A DNA stretch of 64,000 bases from NCBI GenBank assembly GCA_028281385.1, contig JANQJY010000049.1:507-64506 (forward strand). The letters run 5' to 3'. The translations under genes were made by a program, and so were the position numbers. The stretch comes from Rickettsiales bacterium (GTDB lineage: Bacteria > Pseudomonadota > Alphaproteobacteria > Rickettsiales > UBA3002). Positions 18,256-28,658 of this stretch are shown here, piece by piece (within the stretch, counting starts at the first letter, position 1; each line of letters opens with the position of its first letter). The notes below the pieces were generated by a model. That model saw only the letters and a program-made list of their open reading frames with translations, made no database searches and had not been told where the DNA came from.

Positions 18256-19623
18256 TTATAACACCGGTTCGTAATGTTCGGCCTGTTTCGGCAAATGAAT
18301 CACTACCCGTAATCCTTCAATCTTATTCTCTCCACGATTGATCAATTCTATCCGCCCGCCATGCGCCAGCACGACATCGCGTGCTACACTCAATCCCAGA
18401 CCCGCGCCACCGGTATCTGTGTTACGTGACGGATCAAGCCGTTTGAACGGGCGAAACACTTCCTCGTTATATTCTTCGGGGATGCCTTCTCCATAATCAT
18501 CAACAATAATATCAATGCCCTTTTTGTTTTCCCTGACAGATAATTCCGCCCGTCTGCCGTAACGAATCGCATTATCGATAATATTCTGCAAACAACGGCG
18601 CATGGCTTTGGGACGTATGAGAATGACCGCATCTGCCTCTCCAATGATTTCTACCGCCTGGTCCTGTCTACGGTAATTTTCGACGATTGCCTTGAGATAT
18701 TCCGCCAATCTGACTTCTTCTGTCGGCTCACTCCCCTCCCCCCGGGCAAAATCGAGATATTCATTAATCATATGTTCCATTTCCTCAATATCACCCTGCA
18801 TGGCCCGAAGGTCTTTTTCAGGCAATTTTGCAATGGCCAGCTGCAGTTTAAGCCGCGTCAGAGGAGTGCGTAAATCATGCGAAATACCGGCCAGCATTTC
18901 CGTGCGTGTGGCAATCTGGCGCTTGATGCGGTCCTTCATTACCATAAACGCCCGGCCTGCCTGACGAACTTCACTAGCGCCGCGCGGTCTGAACCCCGGT
19001 ATGTCCTGGCCCATGCCGAATTTCTCCGCTGCCGCCGCCAGCGAAACAATCGGCTTGATCTGATTGCGCAGAAATAGTACAGCAATCAGCATGACGATCG
19101 CACCGGCACCGGCTATCCACATAATGAAAATATAGGTAGTCGAACTGACCAGGCGCTTTTTGGTGGTAATGAAGTGCAGCACGGCATCCTCCGCCAGTAC
19201 CGAAACGCGAATATCCCGCTCTACCCCGACACGCTGAATCATAAAGGGTTCATGCAGCCGCTTTTTTAAATGATTAAAAAATTCCGGGTACGATTCCTTG
19301 CCTTCTCCTTCTACAAATATGCTGGAGCGCGATGTATCAATCATCACCTCAATACCCATGGTGTTGCCAAATTTTTTCAGTTCCGACAGCTGATCCGGAT
19401 GCCGTCGATAGTGTGTCACCAGTAAATCAACCTCACCGGCAAAGGCGTTCGACATGTTACGCAATACGCTATCCCAGTGCCGTTCATAAAAAATATAAAT
19501 CGCCACCAGCTGTACCAGCACGATCGGCAACACCAGAATCAGAAATGCCCGGCCAAACAGATTGGTCGGCAGAAACCGCCTGTTTTTCGGCGGGCGATCA
19601 CTCTCTGGTATCATATCAGTCAT
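18256..19623 (-). CDS. EnvZ-like sensor histidine kinase
   Basis: Two TM segments, HAMP, H-box SHDLRTPLTR, N-box NIIDNAIRY, G-box GAGLGL. Confidence 0.95.
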   Translation of the reverse strand: MTDMIPESDRPPKNRRFLPTNLFGRAFLILVLPIVLVQLVAIYIFYERHWDSVLRNMSNAFAGEVDLLVTHYRRHPDQLSELKKFGNTMGIEVMIDTSRSSIFVEGEGKESYPEFFNHLKKRLHEPFMIQRVGVERDIRVSVLAEDAVLHFITTKKRLVSSTTYIFIMWIAGAGAIVMLIAVLFLRNQIKPIVSLAAAAEKFGMGQDIPGFRPRGASEVRQAGRAFMVMKDRIKRQIATRTEMLAGISHDLRTPLTRLKLQLAIAKLPEKDLRAMQGDIEEMEHMINEYLDFARGEGSEPTEEVRLAEYLKAIVENYRRQDQAVEIIGEADAVILIRPKAMRRCLQNIIDNAIRYGRRAELSVRENKKGIDIIVDDYGEGIPEEYNEEVFRPFKRLDPSRNTDTGGAGLGLSVARDVVLAHGGRIELINRGENKIEGLRVVIHLPKQAEHYEPVL

Positions 19624-19625
19624 GG

Positions 19626-20321
19626 TCAGCCGATGGCATCCGGCTGCAACACATACCCGGCATTGCGAATAGTTTTAATGTTACGCGGCCTGCCCGGTAC
19701 CTCTTCTATTTTCTTGCGCAAGCGGTTGATCTGCACATCAACACTACGTTCATTCGTCTTGCCCGCCGTAGATGTCATGCTCGCCAGTTTCTCACGCGAA
19801 ATCGGCTCACCCGATTGCTCTGCCAGAATTTTGAGCAGTTGCGCTTCGCCCGAGGTCAGATATATTTGTTCCCCAGCCTGTGTCAGCTCATTATTGGAAA
19901 GATCGAAAACGAACTCCCCGAATATAATGCGCAGTTTTGGCACCGGCCTGTTTTCCGAGCGTTTCAGAATATTCTGTATACGCAATATCAGTTCACGCGG
20001 CTCAAATGGTTTGACCAGATAATCCTGCGCACCGGCTTCCAGTCCGGCAATGCGGTCTTCCGCTTCGCCCATCGCGGTTAACAGCAAAATCGGCGGTTTC
20101 GGATTAGGTAAGGATGCCGCCAGCTCGAGCCCGCTTTCTCCCGGCATCATAATATCTAACACAATCAGATCAAACGTTACCATAGACAGCTTTTTGCGGG
20201 CATCCGCCGCGTTTTCCGCCATAGCGACAAAAAAACCCTGCTCCGACAGATACTGATTCAACAGTTCCCTCAGACGAACATCATCATCGACAACAAGTAT
20301 GTGTGATTGTTCCTGTTCCAT
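19626..20321 (-). CDS. OmpR-family response regulator
   Basis: VVDDD, LDIMMPG, KPF receiver domain; winged-helix RSVDVQINRLRKK. Confidence 0.95.
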   Translation of the reverse strand: MEQEQSHILVVDDDVRLRELLNQYLSEQGFFVAMAENAADARKKLSMVTFDLIVLDIMMPGESGLELAASLPNPKPPILLLTAMGEAEDRIAGLEAGAQDYLVKPFEPRELILRIQNILKRSENRPVPKLRIIFGEFVFDLSNNELTQAGEQIYLTSGEAQLLKILAEQSGEPISREKLASMTSTAGKTNERSVDVQINRLRKKIEEVPGRPRNIKTIRNAGYVLQPDAIG

Positions 20322-20327
20322 ATATCA

Positions 20328-20867
20328 CTATATCAGCGCCGTTTTTTTCAATAAAATATAAAACGCCCCATCGCCTCCATCTTTAGGCGCAGCCTGATCA
20401 AAAGCAAGAATAAAAGGGCGCAGAACTGGTTCATTCAGCCAGTGAGAAAATTGCTGCCTGAGGGCGCCCTGATTATTCTTTCCCTTGCCGGTAATCACAT
20501 GCAGCACGCGCTTTTCTCTCTGCAGGGCATCATGCATAAATTCCATCAGCGCTTCAAACGCTTCTTCCTGGGTCATACCGTGAAGGTCTATTACTGCATC
20601 AATAGCGAGTTTTCCTTTTTTCAATCGTTCGGCCTGACGCTTTTCAACCCCGGCAAATTTCCCCTTCTCCAGCGGCGGCAGTGGTGATGGCGAGCGTTTC
20701 GGCTCCCTGTCAGGCAAGCAGGTTTCTTCTATCTTCTGCAACTGGTCGTCAGCATAGATATCTACATCGAACAGGATGTCTTCTTTCGAGATATTATACA
20801 CCGTATCGCGGCGGGTAATGAACTGCCACAGCGTCTTTTCACTTTTTGTTATGTTACGTTTGGTCAT
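20328..20867 (-). CDS. Smr/MutS2-family protein
   Basis: IDLHGMT, VITGKG, GGDGAFYI. Confidence 0.92.
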   Translation of the reverse strand: MTKRNITKSEKTLWQFITRRDTVYNISKEDILFDVDIYADDQLQKIEETCLPDREPKRSPSPLPPLEKGKFAGVEKRQAERLKKGKLAIDAVIDLHGMTQEEAFEALMEFMHDALQREKRVLHVITGKGKNNQGALRQQFSHWLNEPVLRPFILAFDQAAPKDGGDGAFYILLKKTALI

Positions 20868-21922
20868 TTTTCCTCCGGCAGTAACACATACCAGCTCCCT
20901 TTTGCATCCTGCCCGCCAGCAAGATAGGCGGCTCTCTCTCCTGCACCGAAAAAGATATCACCGCGCAGGGTTCCCCTGATAGCACCCCCTGTATCCAACG
21001 CAAAAAAGAGCCGGGAAAGCGCTACATCATCTACCGTTCTGGTATCAAGATATACTGGCAGCCCATAAGGCAATAATCTATTATCTACCGCCACTGACCG
21101 ATCTGGAAATAACGGAAATCCAGCAGCACCTTTTGGCATGGAATCCGCTTGTTCCAGCGTAAAAAAGACATAGGAATCATTCTGCCACATAATATCCTTT
21201 GCCTGCTCAGGATTGGCATATAACCATTTTTTGATACTCTGCATCGTCACATTTTCCGGATCAATCCATTCCTTTTCCTTCAATATCCTTCCAATAGACG
21301 TGTAAGGCTGTCCGTTTTTTCCGGCATATTGCAATTGCCTGACCGATCCGTCCACAAGGCGTACTCGCCCAGACCCCTGAATATGTAAAAAGAATAAGGC
21401 AACCGGATCATCCACCCATAACAAAATATCCGCCTTGTCTTTGATAGCTCCGGTCTCTATCCGTGCACGGGCCATATAAGGCTCGTCTTCTTTCATATCT
21501 TTGGGAAGACCGTAAACGGGAATATTATAGAGGGGCGTTTTGACAAGCGAACCACGGATTTCCGGAATAAAATACCCCGTCAACAATCCCTTTTCTTTAT
21601 AGCTGCTGGTAAGTTCGTAAGGAGTAAAATGTGCCTCTATCCACTGTCTTGCATCTACAGAAGTGGAGAGCTCTTTTGCTTCCTGACAACGTGATGTCCA
21701 TACAATTTCCGAAATGGGTATACCTGCAATATCCGTTGTTTTCAGCAGATGACAGCTTTGCGAAAATAATTGGATGATTTCTTCATGCTGTTCCTCTTGC
21801 CAGCGCGGCAACTGATCATAAGAAATCTGATTAAGCACCAGTTTATCGGGAAATAATACCGTACAGCTACATAGAAAAAACAGACCGGGCAGGTATAGAC
21901 ATCGTATTACCCGCCGCATCAT
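20864..21922 (-). CDS. mltA: Membrane-bound lytic murein transglycosylase A
   Basis: Lipobox-like N-terminus, HIQGSG, SVAVD, DTGGAIRG..RGDIFFG. Confidence 0.92.
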   Translation of the reverse strand: MMRRVIRCLYLPGLFFLCSCTVLFPDKLVLNQISYDQLPRWQEEQHEEIIQLFSQSCHLLKTTDIAGIPISEIVWTSRCQEAKELSTSVDARQWIEAHFTPYELTSSYKEKGLLTGYFIPEIRGSLVKTPLYNIPVYGLPKDMKEDEPYMARARIETGAIKDKADILLWVDDPVALFFLHIQGSGRVRLVDGSVRQLQYAGKNGQPYTSIGRILKEKEWIDPENVTMQSIKKWLYANPEQAKDIMWQNDSYVFFTLEQADSMPKGAAGFPLFPDRSVAVDNRLLPYGLPVYLDTRTVDDVALSRLFFALDTGGAIRGTLRGDIFFGAGERAAYLAGGQDAKGSWYVLLPEEK

Positions 21923-21924
21923 CT

Positions 21925-22599
21925 TTATGTTTCAACGATAGTCCAGTTGGGGTTGCGGGACTTCATGTCACGTTCAAACACCCAGTCATCTTCGATGGTT
22001 TGCGTAGCAGACGCCTGGTCTGGCAGCGTATTGCCATCCTTATCTTTTTTCACCTGCATTTGCTCACTGACAAATTTAACTGTGACTCTTGCGGTAGAAC
22101 GCTTTAACTCCGCATCGCTGATTTCGGCTGACTCAACCGCCACCAGGACATTTTCAACATATTCATCCGCCTCTTCGCGTTCTTCGATCACCTGCCTGAA
22201 GGACTCAAACACCTCTTTCGACAGAAGCATTTTCAGTGTATCTCTGTCACGCTTGTTAAAGGCTTCGATGACCATGTCAAATGCCGCTTTTGCGCCTTCG
22301 AGAAATTCCTGGAAGCTGAATTGCGGATCAATCGCCTTCATTTTTCCCAACGTCTCTGCCAACCTGTCATTGTCAGAAAAGCTTGCCAGTTCGATATCAT
22401 CATCCTTTTTCTGCACCGGCGTTTTACGATCCGGCAATTGAATGACGCGCTCATTATCCGCCGCACTGCCGGTCATGTTTCTTTTTTGCGAAAAGTCATG
22501 TCCGGTTTTCTGACCCAGAATATTCCGGTAGCGCAGTAAAATAAAAATCGCGATCGCAGCAATGACGATCAAATCTCCAAAGGGTATGTTTTCCGGCAT
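21925..22599 (-). CDS. Tim44/TimA-family protein
   Basis: FLEGAKAAFDMVIEAF, DDWVFER...PNW; mltA-tim44-secB synteny. Confidence 0.92.
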   Translation of the reverse strand: MPENIPFGDLIVIAAIAIFILLRYRNILGQKTGHDFSQKRNMTGSAADNERVIQLPDRKTPVQKKDDDIELASFSDNDRLAETLGKMKAIDPQFSFQEFLEGAKAAFDMVIEAFNKRDRDTLKMLLSKEVFESFRQVIEEREEADEYVENVLVAVESAEISDAELKRSTARVTVKFVSEQMQVKKDKDGNTLPDQASATQTIEDDWVFERDMKSRNPNWTIVET

Positions 22600-22739
22600 T
22601 TTCCGTCCTTATCACTTCTAACGTCTAACAGTAACCTAACTATATCCGATTGTTAACAGCTTTTCTGTTTTTTCTTGGGATTCCGCCACTGCTTCTGTTA
22701 AATGAGCACGTAAATCAACCGAACAGGCAGGAACATAGG

Positions 22740-23219
22740 ATGAATGATATAGAGAATCAAGCCCAGGCGAAAAAAATGCTTTCTCTGAAAGGCCAGTATA
22801 TCAAGGACTTGTCGTTTGAAAATCCCCGCGCACCTCAAAGTCTGATTGAACTGACGCAACCTCCGGGGATTGACATTAATGTTGATTTGAATGCCCAGCG
22901 GCTGCAAGAAGCCATGTTTGAGCTGACGATTTCCGTATCCGCCCGTGCTGTATATGAGAAATCAACGATCTTTCTGACCGATATTTCCTATGGTGGAATT
23001 TTTGAAGTCAGCGGCTATGCCGAAGACATGTTGGAAAGAGCGGTTTTAGTTGATTGTGCCTATTTGCTCTTCCCCTTTGCCCGCCGTGTCGTTGCAGATA
23101 TTACACGTGATGGCGGATTTCCGCCACTGCAGCTTGAGCCGATCGATTTTGCCGCGCTCTATGAGCAAAATAAGGGCAATGTCGTCCGTGGCGCACCGGA
23201 AGAGAAAAAAGTAAATTAA
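22740..23219 (+). CDS. secB: Protein-export chaperone SecB
   Basis: QYIKDLSFENPRAP, LLFPFARR, GGFPPLQLEPIDFAALY; start at ATG 22740 after an AGGAAC RBS-like element. Confidence 0.96.
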   Translation: MNDIENQAQAKKMLSLKGQYIKDLSFENPRAPQSLIELTQPPGIDINVDLNAQRLQEAMFELTISVSARAVYEKSTIFLTDISYGGIFEVSGYAEDMLERAVLVDCAYLLFPFARRVVADITRDGGFPPLQLEPIDFAALYEQNKGNVVRGAPEEKKVN

Positions 23220-23905
23220 GCTGTTTTTTCCCACAGCGGTTCGGTTAATTCCGACAACATCTGTGTATGTAGTTTGATCTCGTCTTCGGTGGGAGGAAAG
23301 CTGCGTGCTGGAATCGTCTGTTCCTGGTGGGAAGGAAGCTCTGCCGTTATTTTTTTCTCGGTTTTTTGTTCCAGCCCCAGCCCGGTTTGACGACCACCAC
23401 GTAACTCCAGATAAACGTCTGCCAGCAGTTCCGCATCCAGCAAAGCGCCATGTTTTACCCGCGCTGACGCATCTACATTAAATTGTCGGCATAGAGCATC
23501 GAGATTGGCCGGTTGACCGGGGAACTTTCGACGTGCCATCTGCACCGTATCCAGCGCACGCTTCATCGGAATCACCGGATATCCCAGCCGCCCTAATTCC
23601 GCGTTAATGAATTTCATATCGAACTGCGCATTATGAATGACCAGTGTCGAATCCTGCAGAAATTCTAAAAAAGCATCGGCAACAGACCGGAATAATGGTT
23701 TGTCTTTTAAAAACTCCATCGATAGCCCATGGATTTTTTCCGCCTCCTGCGGCATGTCACGTTCAGGATTGAGATAAACATGAAAATGATTCTGCGTAGC
23801 AATATGATTAATCATCTCCACACAACCAATTTCAACGATACGGTGTCCCGAATCCGGATCGAGTCCGGTGGTTTCCGTATCCAGCGATATTTCGCGTAGC
23901 GCCAT
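23216..23905 (-). CDS. dnaQ: DNA polymerase III subunit epsilon
   Basis: LDTETTG, HNAQFD, HGALLDAELLA. Confidence 0.97.
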   Translation of the reverse strand: MALREISLDTETTGLDPDSGHRIVEIGCVEMINHIATQNHFHVYLNPERDMPQEAEKIHGLSMEFLKDKPLFRSVADAFLEFLQDSTLVIHNAQFDMKFINAELGRLGYPVIPMKRALDTVQMARRKFPGQPANLDALCRQFNVDASARVKHGALLDAELLADVYLELRGGRQTGLGLEQKTEKKITAELPSHQEQTIPARSFPPTEDEIKLHTQMLSELTEPLWEKTA

Positions 23906-23912
23906 GAAATGA

Positions 23913-24494
23913 CTATAGCGATAAGAGAAGGGTTTTCACAAGCTGCATACTATGGTTTTTCCCCAGACTTGTCGGAATAACCTTATCCGCACGGCTGTTT
24001 CGTTCCTGTGCCGTCATCTGAGAGGAACAAATCCGTCTGAACTTTTCCTCATTCATATGCTCCCGTTTTTTGGCACGTTGCCATTGCATCCATTCCGGGC
24101 AGAAAACCGCAACCGTCACATCACATAGCCTGTCTGCTCCCGTTTCAAAAAGCAGCGGAATATCCATAACCACTACCCGTCGTCTTTGCATTTGTTCCTT
24201 TCGAAGAAATAGCGTTTCCTCCTCGCGTACTTTGGGGTGAAGAATGAATTCCAACTGCTGTAATTTTTTCGGATCCTCAAAAACAATTTTTCCCAATATT
24301 TTCCGATTGATACAATCACCACCTTTTGCTTGGGGAAATAGTTCGGCAACGTCTTTTACAGCACCACCTTTCGAGCCAAGCAGTTGATGCACACAGCAAT
24401 CCGCATCAAATACCGCCGCGCCATGAAACGCAAATTGCTTTGCTACGGTGGTTTTCCCCATCGCCAGACCACCGGTCAGACCAATCACAATCAT
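23913..24494 (-). CDS. coaE: Dephospho-CoA kinase
   Basis: GLTGGLAMGKT, ILHPKV, DIPLLFE. Confidence 0.96.
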   Translation of the reverse strand: MIVIGLTGGLAMGKTTVAKQFAFHGAAVFDADCCVHQLLGSKGGAVKDVAELFPQAKGGDCINRKILGKIVFEDPKKLQQLEFILHPKVREEETLFLRKEQMQRRRVVVMDIPLLFETGADRLCDVTVAVFCPEWMQWQRAKKREHMNEEKFRRICSSQMTAQERNSRADKVIPTSLGKNHSMQLVKTLLLSL

Positions 24495-25333
24495 GCTGCC
24501 GCCTTTTCCATTATTTGCTTTACCAGCGTGTCATCGACTTGCGGCCTGATACCAAACCAGGCCTCAAATGCCGGTACGGCCTGATGTAGCAACATGCCGA
24601 TACCTGTGACGATCGGATTGCCGCACGCCTGTGCGTCTTTCAATAAATCTGTCATCAACGGCACATAGACGATATCACTCACCAGAGCATTCGCAGGCAA
24701 ATATTCAAGCGACAGTTCCAATGGTGATTTTCCTGTCATCCCCAGTGATGTGGTATTAACAAGCAAGGTAGTACTTTCCAATAGCTCATGTCTGTTTTGC
24801 CAATTGCCAATTTCAATATTTTCTCCCATATCTTGTGCCAAGGCAGTGGCTTTTTCCACTGTGCGGTTGGTAAGAACAATCTGTTTCACCCCTTCTTTTT
24901 TTAACGCATAAACAATTGCCCTAGCAGCGCCACCGGCTCCCAGCACCACAGCTTTTTCCATATAAGGAGAAATATCTTTTACCGATGATTTCAGATTCTG
25001 CATGAACCCTTGTGCATCGGTATTATCACCGAATAATGTTTTATCTTCTCTTACACTGACGGTATTTATCGCACCGATTTTCCGGGCGCTTTCACTCAGT
25101 TCATCCATTAGTGGCAATACCGATTCTTTATGTGGAATGGTAACATTCACACCAGAAAATCTACTTGTCGCAAGAGATGTGATATAATCTTTCAATTTTT
25201 CCGGCGGCACATCTTCTGCCATATATTCACCAGCAATGTTGTATGTATCAAGCCAGTAACGGTGAATCACAGGAGAAAGCGAATGAGCGACCGGATGGCC
25301 GATCACTGCTGCTCTTTTTCTCTCATTAACCAT
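24491..25333 (-). CDS. aroE: Shikimate dehydrogenase
   Basis: HSLSP, NVTIPHKE, NTD, GAGGAA, NTTSLGM. Confidence 0.96.
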   Translation of the reverse strand: MVNERKRAAVIGHPVAHSLSPVIHRYWLDTYNIAGEYMAEDVPPEKLKDYITSLATSRFSGVNVTIPHKESVLPLMDELSESARKIGAINTVSVREDKTLFGDNTDAQGFMQNLKSSVKDISPYMEKAVVLGAGGAARAIVYALKKEGVKQIVLTNRTVEKATALAQDMGENIEIGNWQNRHELLESTTLLVNTTSLGMTGKSPLELSLEYLPANALVSDIVYVPLMTDLLKDAQACGNPIVTGIGMLLHQAVPAFEAWFGIRPQVDDTLVKQIMEKAAA

Positions 25334-26157
25334 TATGTCTGTTCTCTTTTTTCCAGCTGTCTCTGACGATGCTGAATAATCATCGCAGCAGTTTCTTCCA
25401 CTGACCGGCGCGTTACATCAATCATTGGCCAGCCATATTGCCGGTAGAGTTTTTTTGATGCATCGATTTCCGCCTCCACGGCATCCATATCAATATAATT
25501 GGTTTCCTCCTCCTGACGAAGGGCCAATAACCGCGAACGGCGAATTTCCAGCAGGCGATCCAGACTGATGGTCAATCCGATAATCAATGGCTGTTTCAAA
25601 TTAAGAAGACTTTCCGGCAAGGGACAGTTCGCAACAAATGGCACATTGGCTGCCTTATAGCCCCGGTTTGCCAGATAGACACACGTAGGCGATTTGGACG
25701 TGCGCGATACGCCGACCAGCACGATATCTGCTTCTTCCAGCTCCCAATGTGCCTGCCCGTCATCATGTGTCAGAGTAAAGTCAATCGCTTCAACACGATG
25801 AAAATAATCTTCCGACAAATCATGCTGACTACCCGGACGATTATGTGCTTCTTCATTCAGAAAAGATGACAGTTCCCTGATGACTGGTCCCAACACCGGT
25901 ATACAGGGAAGATTACGCTTCTGACATTCTCTACGCAGCGTTTCACGTATGGACTTATCGACCAGTGTATACATCACTACACCCGGAAACTCATCGAGCG
26001 CAGCAATCATTTTTTCCAATTGCCCTTTGGTCCGCACCAGCGACCAGACATGTTCATGCACATTTATTTCCTCGAACTGAGCTAATGCAGCACGTGAGAC
26101 ACTGCTTACCGTTTCTCCCGTCGAGTCGGACACCAGATGCAGATGAAGCTGTTTCAC
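25333..26157 (-). CDS. Pyruvate,phosphate dikinase regulatory kinase/pyrophosphorylase (DUF299)
   Basis: SDSTGET, HDDG, GVSRTSKSP, RSVEETAA. Confidence 0.95.
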   Translation of the reverse strand: MKQLHLHLVSDSTGETVSSVSRAALAQFEEINVHEHVWSLVRTKGQLEKMIAALDEFPGVVMYTLVDKSIRETLRRECQKRNLPCIPVLGPVIRELSSFLNEEAHNRPGSQHDLSEDYFHRVEAIDFTLTHDDGQAHWELEEADIVLVGVSRTSKSPTCVYLANRGYKAANVPFVANCPLPESLLNLKQPLIIGLTISLDRLLEIRRSRLLALRQEEETNYIDMDAVEAEIDASKKLYRQYGWPMIDVTRRSVEETAAMIIQHRQRQLEKREQT

Positions 26158-26538
26158 TCAAAAACCCTCTCTGTGTATAGCTTGCTTATAACACAGGATA
26201 AACAGAGGGTGTAAACAGGAATCCGTTTTTTCCTCCCCTTTCATCATCTCTTCGTCCTTTAACTTATCCACCTGTGTGAAAACGGATAATCTGTTCAGAT
26301 AACAGAGAGGATATTTTCCAATCTGGAAAACTGTCTGCCTATTTATCCCTAAACGCTTTTCATCATTAACCAATAGGTTGAAAAAGCTATGCTGCCTATG
26401 TGAATGATATGTTACACAATCTGAAGATATGTGAACAGATAGAGGTATGATTTTTAATCCTCGTTACACCTAGCACCAAAATCAAATACAACCCTTTTAT
26501 ATTTTTTATTTATTTATTTTGATGTATGACTTCCTGCC
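26158..26538. other. Probable chromosomal replication origin (oriC)
   Basis: Non-coding gap between the DUF299 gene and hemE (Caulobacter/Rickettsia origin synteny); DnaA-box variants at 26172, 26264, 26275, 26399 and 26430; AT-rich tract near 26495-26520; gene orientation switches from mostly minus to mostly plus here. Confidence 0.75.
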
Positions 26539-27579
26539 ATGTCGGATACAGTTTTTCTCAAAACTCTCAATAAAGAGCTGACCAGCCATATTCCTTTCTG
26601 GTTCATGCGTCAGGCAGGTCGTTACTTGCCGGAATATCAGAAAATCCGTCAGCGATTTCCGTCATTTCTGGAGTTCTGTTATTCACCGAAAGAGGCCTGT
26701 AAGGTAACCTTACAACCGATCCGCAGATTTGATATGGATGCTGCCATTCTGTTTTCCGACATACTGGTTATTCCTGATGCATTGGGACAAAAAGTTTCTT
26801 TTGTCAAAGGAGAGGGGCCACAGCTCGATGCATTGAAACATCCGAAACAGATTGAGATATTAGATGTCGATAAAGTTGAAGCACATCTTGAACCTGTCTT
26901 TGAAACGGTAAGTTTGATTCGATCTTCTCTAGATAATAAAAAAAGCCTGATTGGATTTGCCGGTGCTCCCTGGACGGTGGCATGCTATATGCTGGAAGGA
27001 AAGGGCAGCAAGGAATTTGCCGAAGCCAGAGCATTCGCTTACCTGTATCCGGATGCGTTTCAGCAGTTATTGGACAGGTTGGTGGAGGCAACAAGCCGAT
27101 ACCTTGTCAAACAGGTTGATGCCGGAGCTGATGCGCTGCAATTATTTGACAGCTGGGCCGGATTGGTGCCGGAACATTTATTTTCACAAGCCGTAATACA
27201 ACCGACCAAAGCAATTGTGCAGCATGTTAAGTCCGTTCATCCGAAAGTGTCTGTGATTGGTTTTGCCAAGGGTGCAGGAATTCGACTGACGGAATATGCA
27301 AAAAAGACGGGGGTGGATGCCGTTGCTATTGATGCCCAAACGCCGCGTGATTGGGCAATAGAAAATCTGGGAGGAGTCTACTGTCTGCAGGGAAATATCG
27401 ATAATGTACTGCTTGGCTGTGATAAGCAGAAAGTGATAGAAGATACACAAGCGCTTCTTGAAAAGTGGAAAGACATTCCTTTTATTGCCAATCTCGGACA
27501 TGGTATCCTGCCGCATACGCCGATAGAGAATGTCGAGGCGGTGAGTGATGTGATTAGAAACTACAGAAGAGCAGTATGA
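26539..27579 (+). CDS. hemE: Uroporphyrinogen decarboxylase
   Basis: WFMRQAGRYLPEY, AILFSDIL, NLGHGI. Confidence 0.98.
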   Translation: MSDTVFLKTLNKELTSHIPFWFMRQAGRYLPEYQKIRQRFPSFLEFCYSPKEACKVTLQPIRRFDMDAAILFSDILVIPDALGQKVSFVKGEGPQLDALKHPKQIEILDVDKVEAHLEPVFETVSLIRSSLDNKKSLIGFAGAPWTVACYMLEGKGSKEFAEARAFAYLYPDAFQQLLDRLVEATSRYLVKQVDAGADALQLFDSWAGLVPEHLFSQAVIQPTKAIVQHVKSVHPKVSVIGFAKGAGIRLTEYAKKTGVDAVAIDAQTPRDWAIENLGGVYCLQGNIDNVLLGCDKQKVIEDTQALLEKWKDIPFIANLGHGILPHTPIENVEAVSDVIRNYRRAV

Positions 27580-28658
27580 GTGTAATTTCCAGTAATAGTA
27601 AAACGGCTATTGTGTTGTTTAATCTTGGCGGGCCGGACAGTCCGGAGGCGGTAAAGCCGTTTCTGTTTAACCTGTTTAACGATAAGGCGATTATTGGTGC
27701 GCTAAATCCGATTCGTTATATGCTGGCCAGATGGATTTCAGCCAAGCGTGCACCGATTGCGCAGGAAATCTATGCCCATATGGGTGGAAAATCACCAATT
27801 CTGCAAAATACGCAGGCGCAGGCAGATGCATTGCGGGAGCGACTGTCAGAATGTGGGGAATGTCGTGTATTTATCTGTATGCGTTACTGGCATCCGATGA
27901 GTGATGAAGTGGTGAAGCAGGTAAAGGAGTATGCTCCGGATCACATTATTCTGTTACCGCTTTACCCGCAATTTTCAACCACGACTACAGGATCATCACT
28001 TACGGATTGGTGCCGTGCGGCAAAACAGACAGAACTTGATATACCGACCACGACAATTTGTTGTTATCCCGTTGAAGAGGGATTCATTACGGCAGAAGCA
28101 GACTTGATTACTGAGGCCTATGAAAAAGCAAAACAGTCAGGGCCGGTCCGCCTTTTATTCTCTGCGCATGGTTTGCCGGAAAAGATTGTGAAAAAGGGTG
28201 ATCCTTATCAGAAGGAAGTTGAAGCGACAACGCAGGCAATTGTTCAAAAACTGGCAATAGAAAATCTGGATTATGTCAATTGTTATCAAAGCCGGGTGGG
28301 ACCGCTGAAATGGATCGGACCGTCTACCGAGGATGAAATTGCCCGTGCCGGTAAGGATGGTGTGAATATCGTATTGATACCGGTTGCCTTTGTTTCAGAA
28401 CATTCTGAGACATTGGTAGAGCTGGATATTGAATATAAAGAACTAGCAGAAGAGTGTGGGGTAAAAAATTATGTCCGGGTTCCGACGGTATCGATACATC
28501 CGGCATTTATTCAGGGACTGACTGGCCTTTGTTTGTCCATTACGGAGAAAGGATTCTACTGTCCATGGGAAGATGGCGATCAATGTGTCAAAGATGAAAC
28601 CTTGATCACCCCGAAAACACAACCTACTTCTCCTGAAAAGAAAAAGGTGGCGGCATGA
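27576..28658 (+). CDS. hemH: Ferrochelatase
   Basis: NLGGPD, PLYPQFS, FSAHGLP, FVSEHSETL. Confidence 0.97.
   Translation: MSVISSNSKTAIVLFNLGGPDSPEAVKPFLFNLFNDKAIIGALNPIRYMLARWISAKRAPIAQEIYAHMGGKSPILQNTQAQADALRERLSECGECRVFICMRYWHPMSDEVVKQVKEYAPDHIILLPLYPQFSTTTTGSSLTDWCRAAKQTELDIPTTTICCYPVEEGFITAEADLITEAYEKAKQSGPVRLLFSAHGLPEKIVKKGDPYQKEVEATTQAIVQKLAIENLDYVNCYQSRVGPLKWIGPSTEDEIARAGKDGVNIVLIPVAFVSEHSETLVELDIEYKELAEECGVKNYVRVPTVSIHPAFIQGLTGLCLSITEKGFYCPWEDGDQCVKDETLITPKTQPTSPEKKKVAA

Noticed and set aside
25938-26160. Possible parS sites (GTTTCACGT, TGTTTCAC) near the origin
   Set aside because: Half-sites only; the full 16-bp palindrome is absent.
26364-26385. CtrA site in the origin region
   Set aside because: TTAA is followed by TTGA at 8-bp spacing, not TTAA-N7-TTAA.
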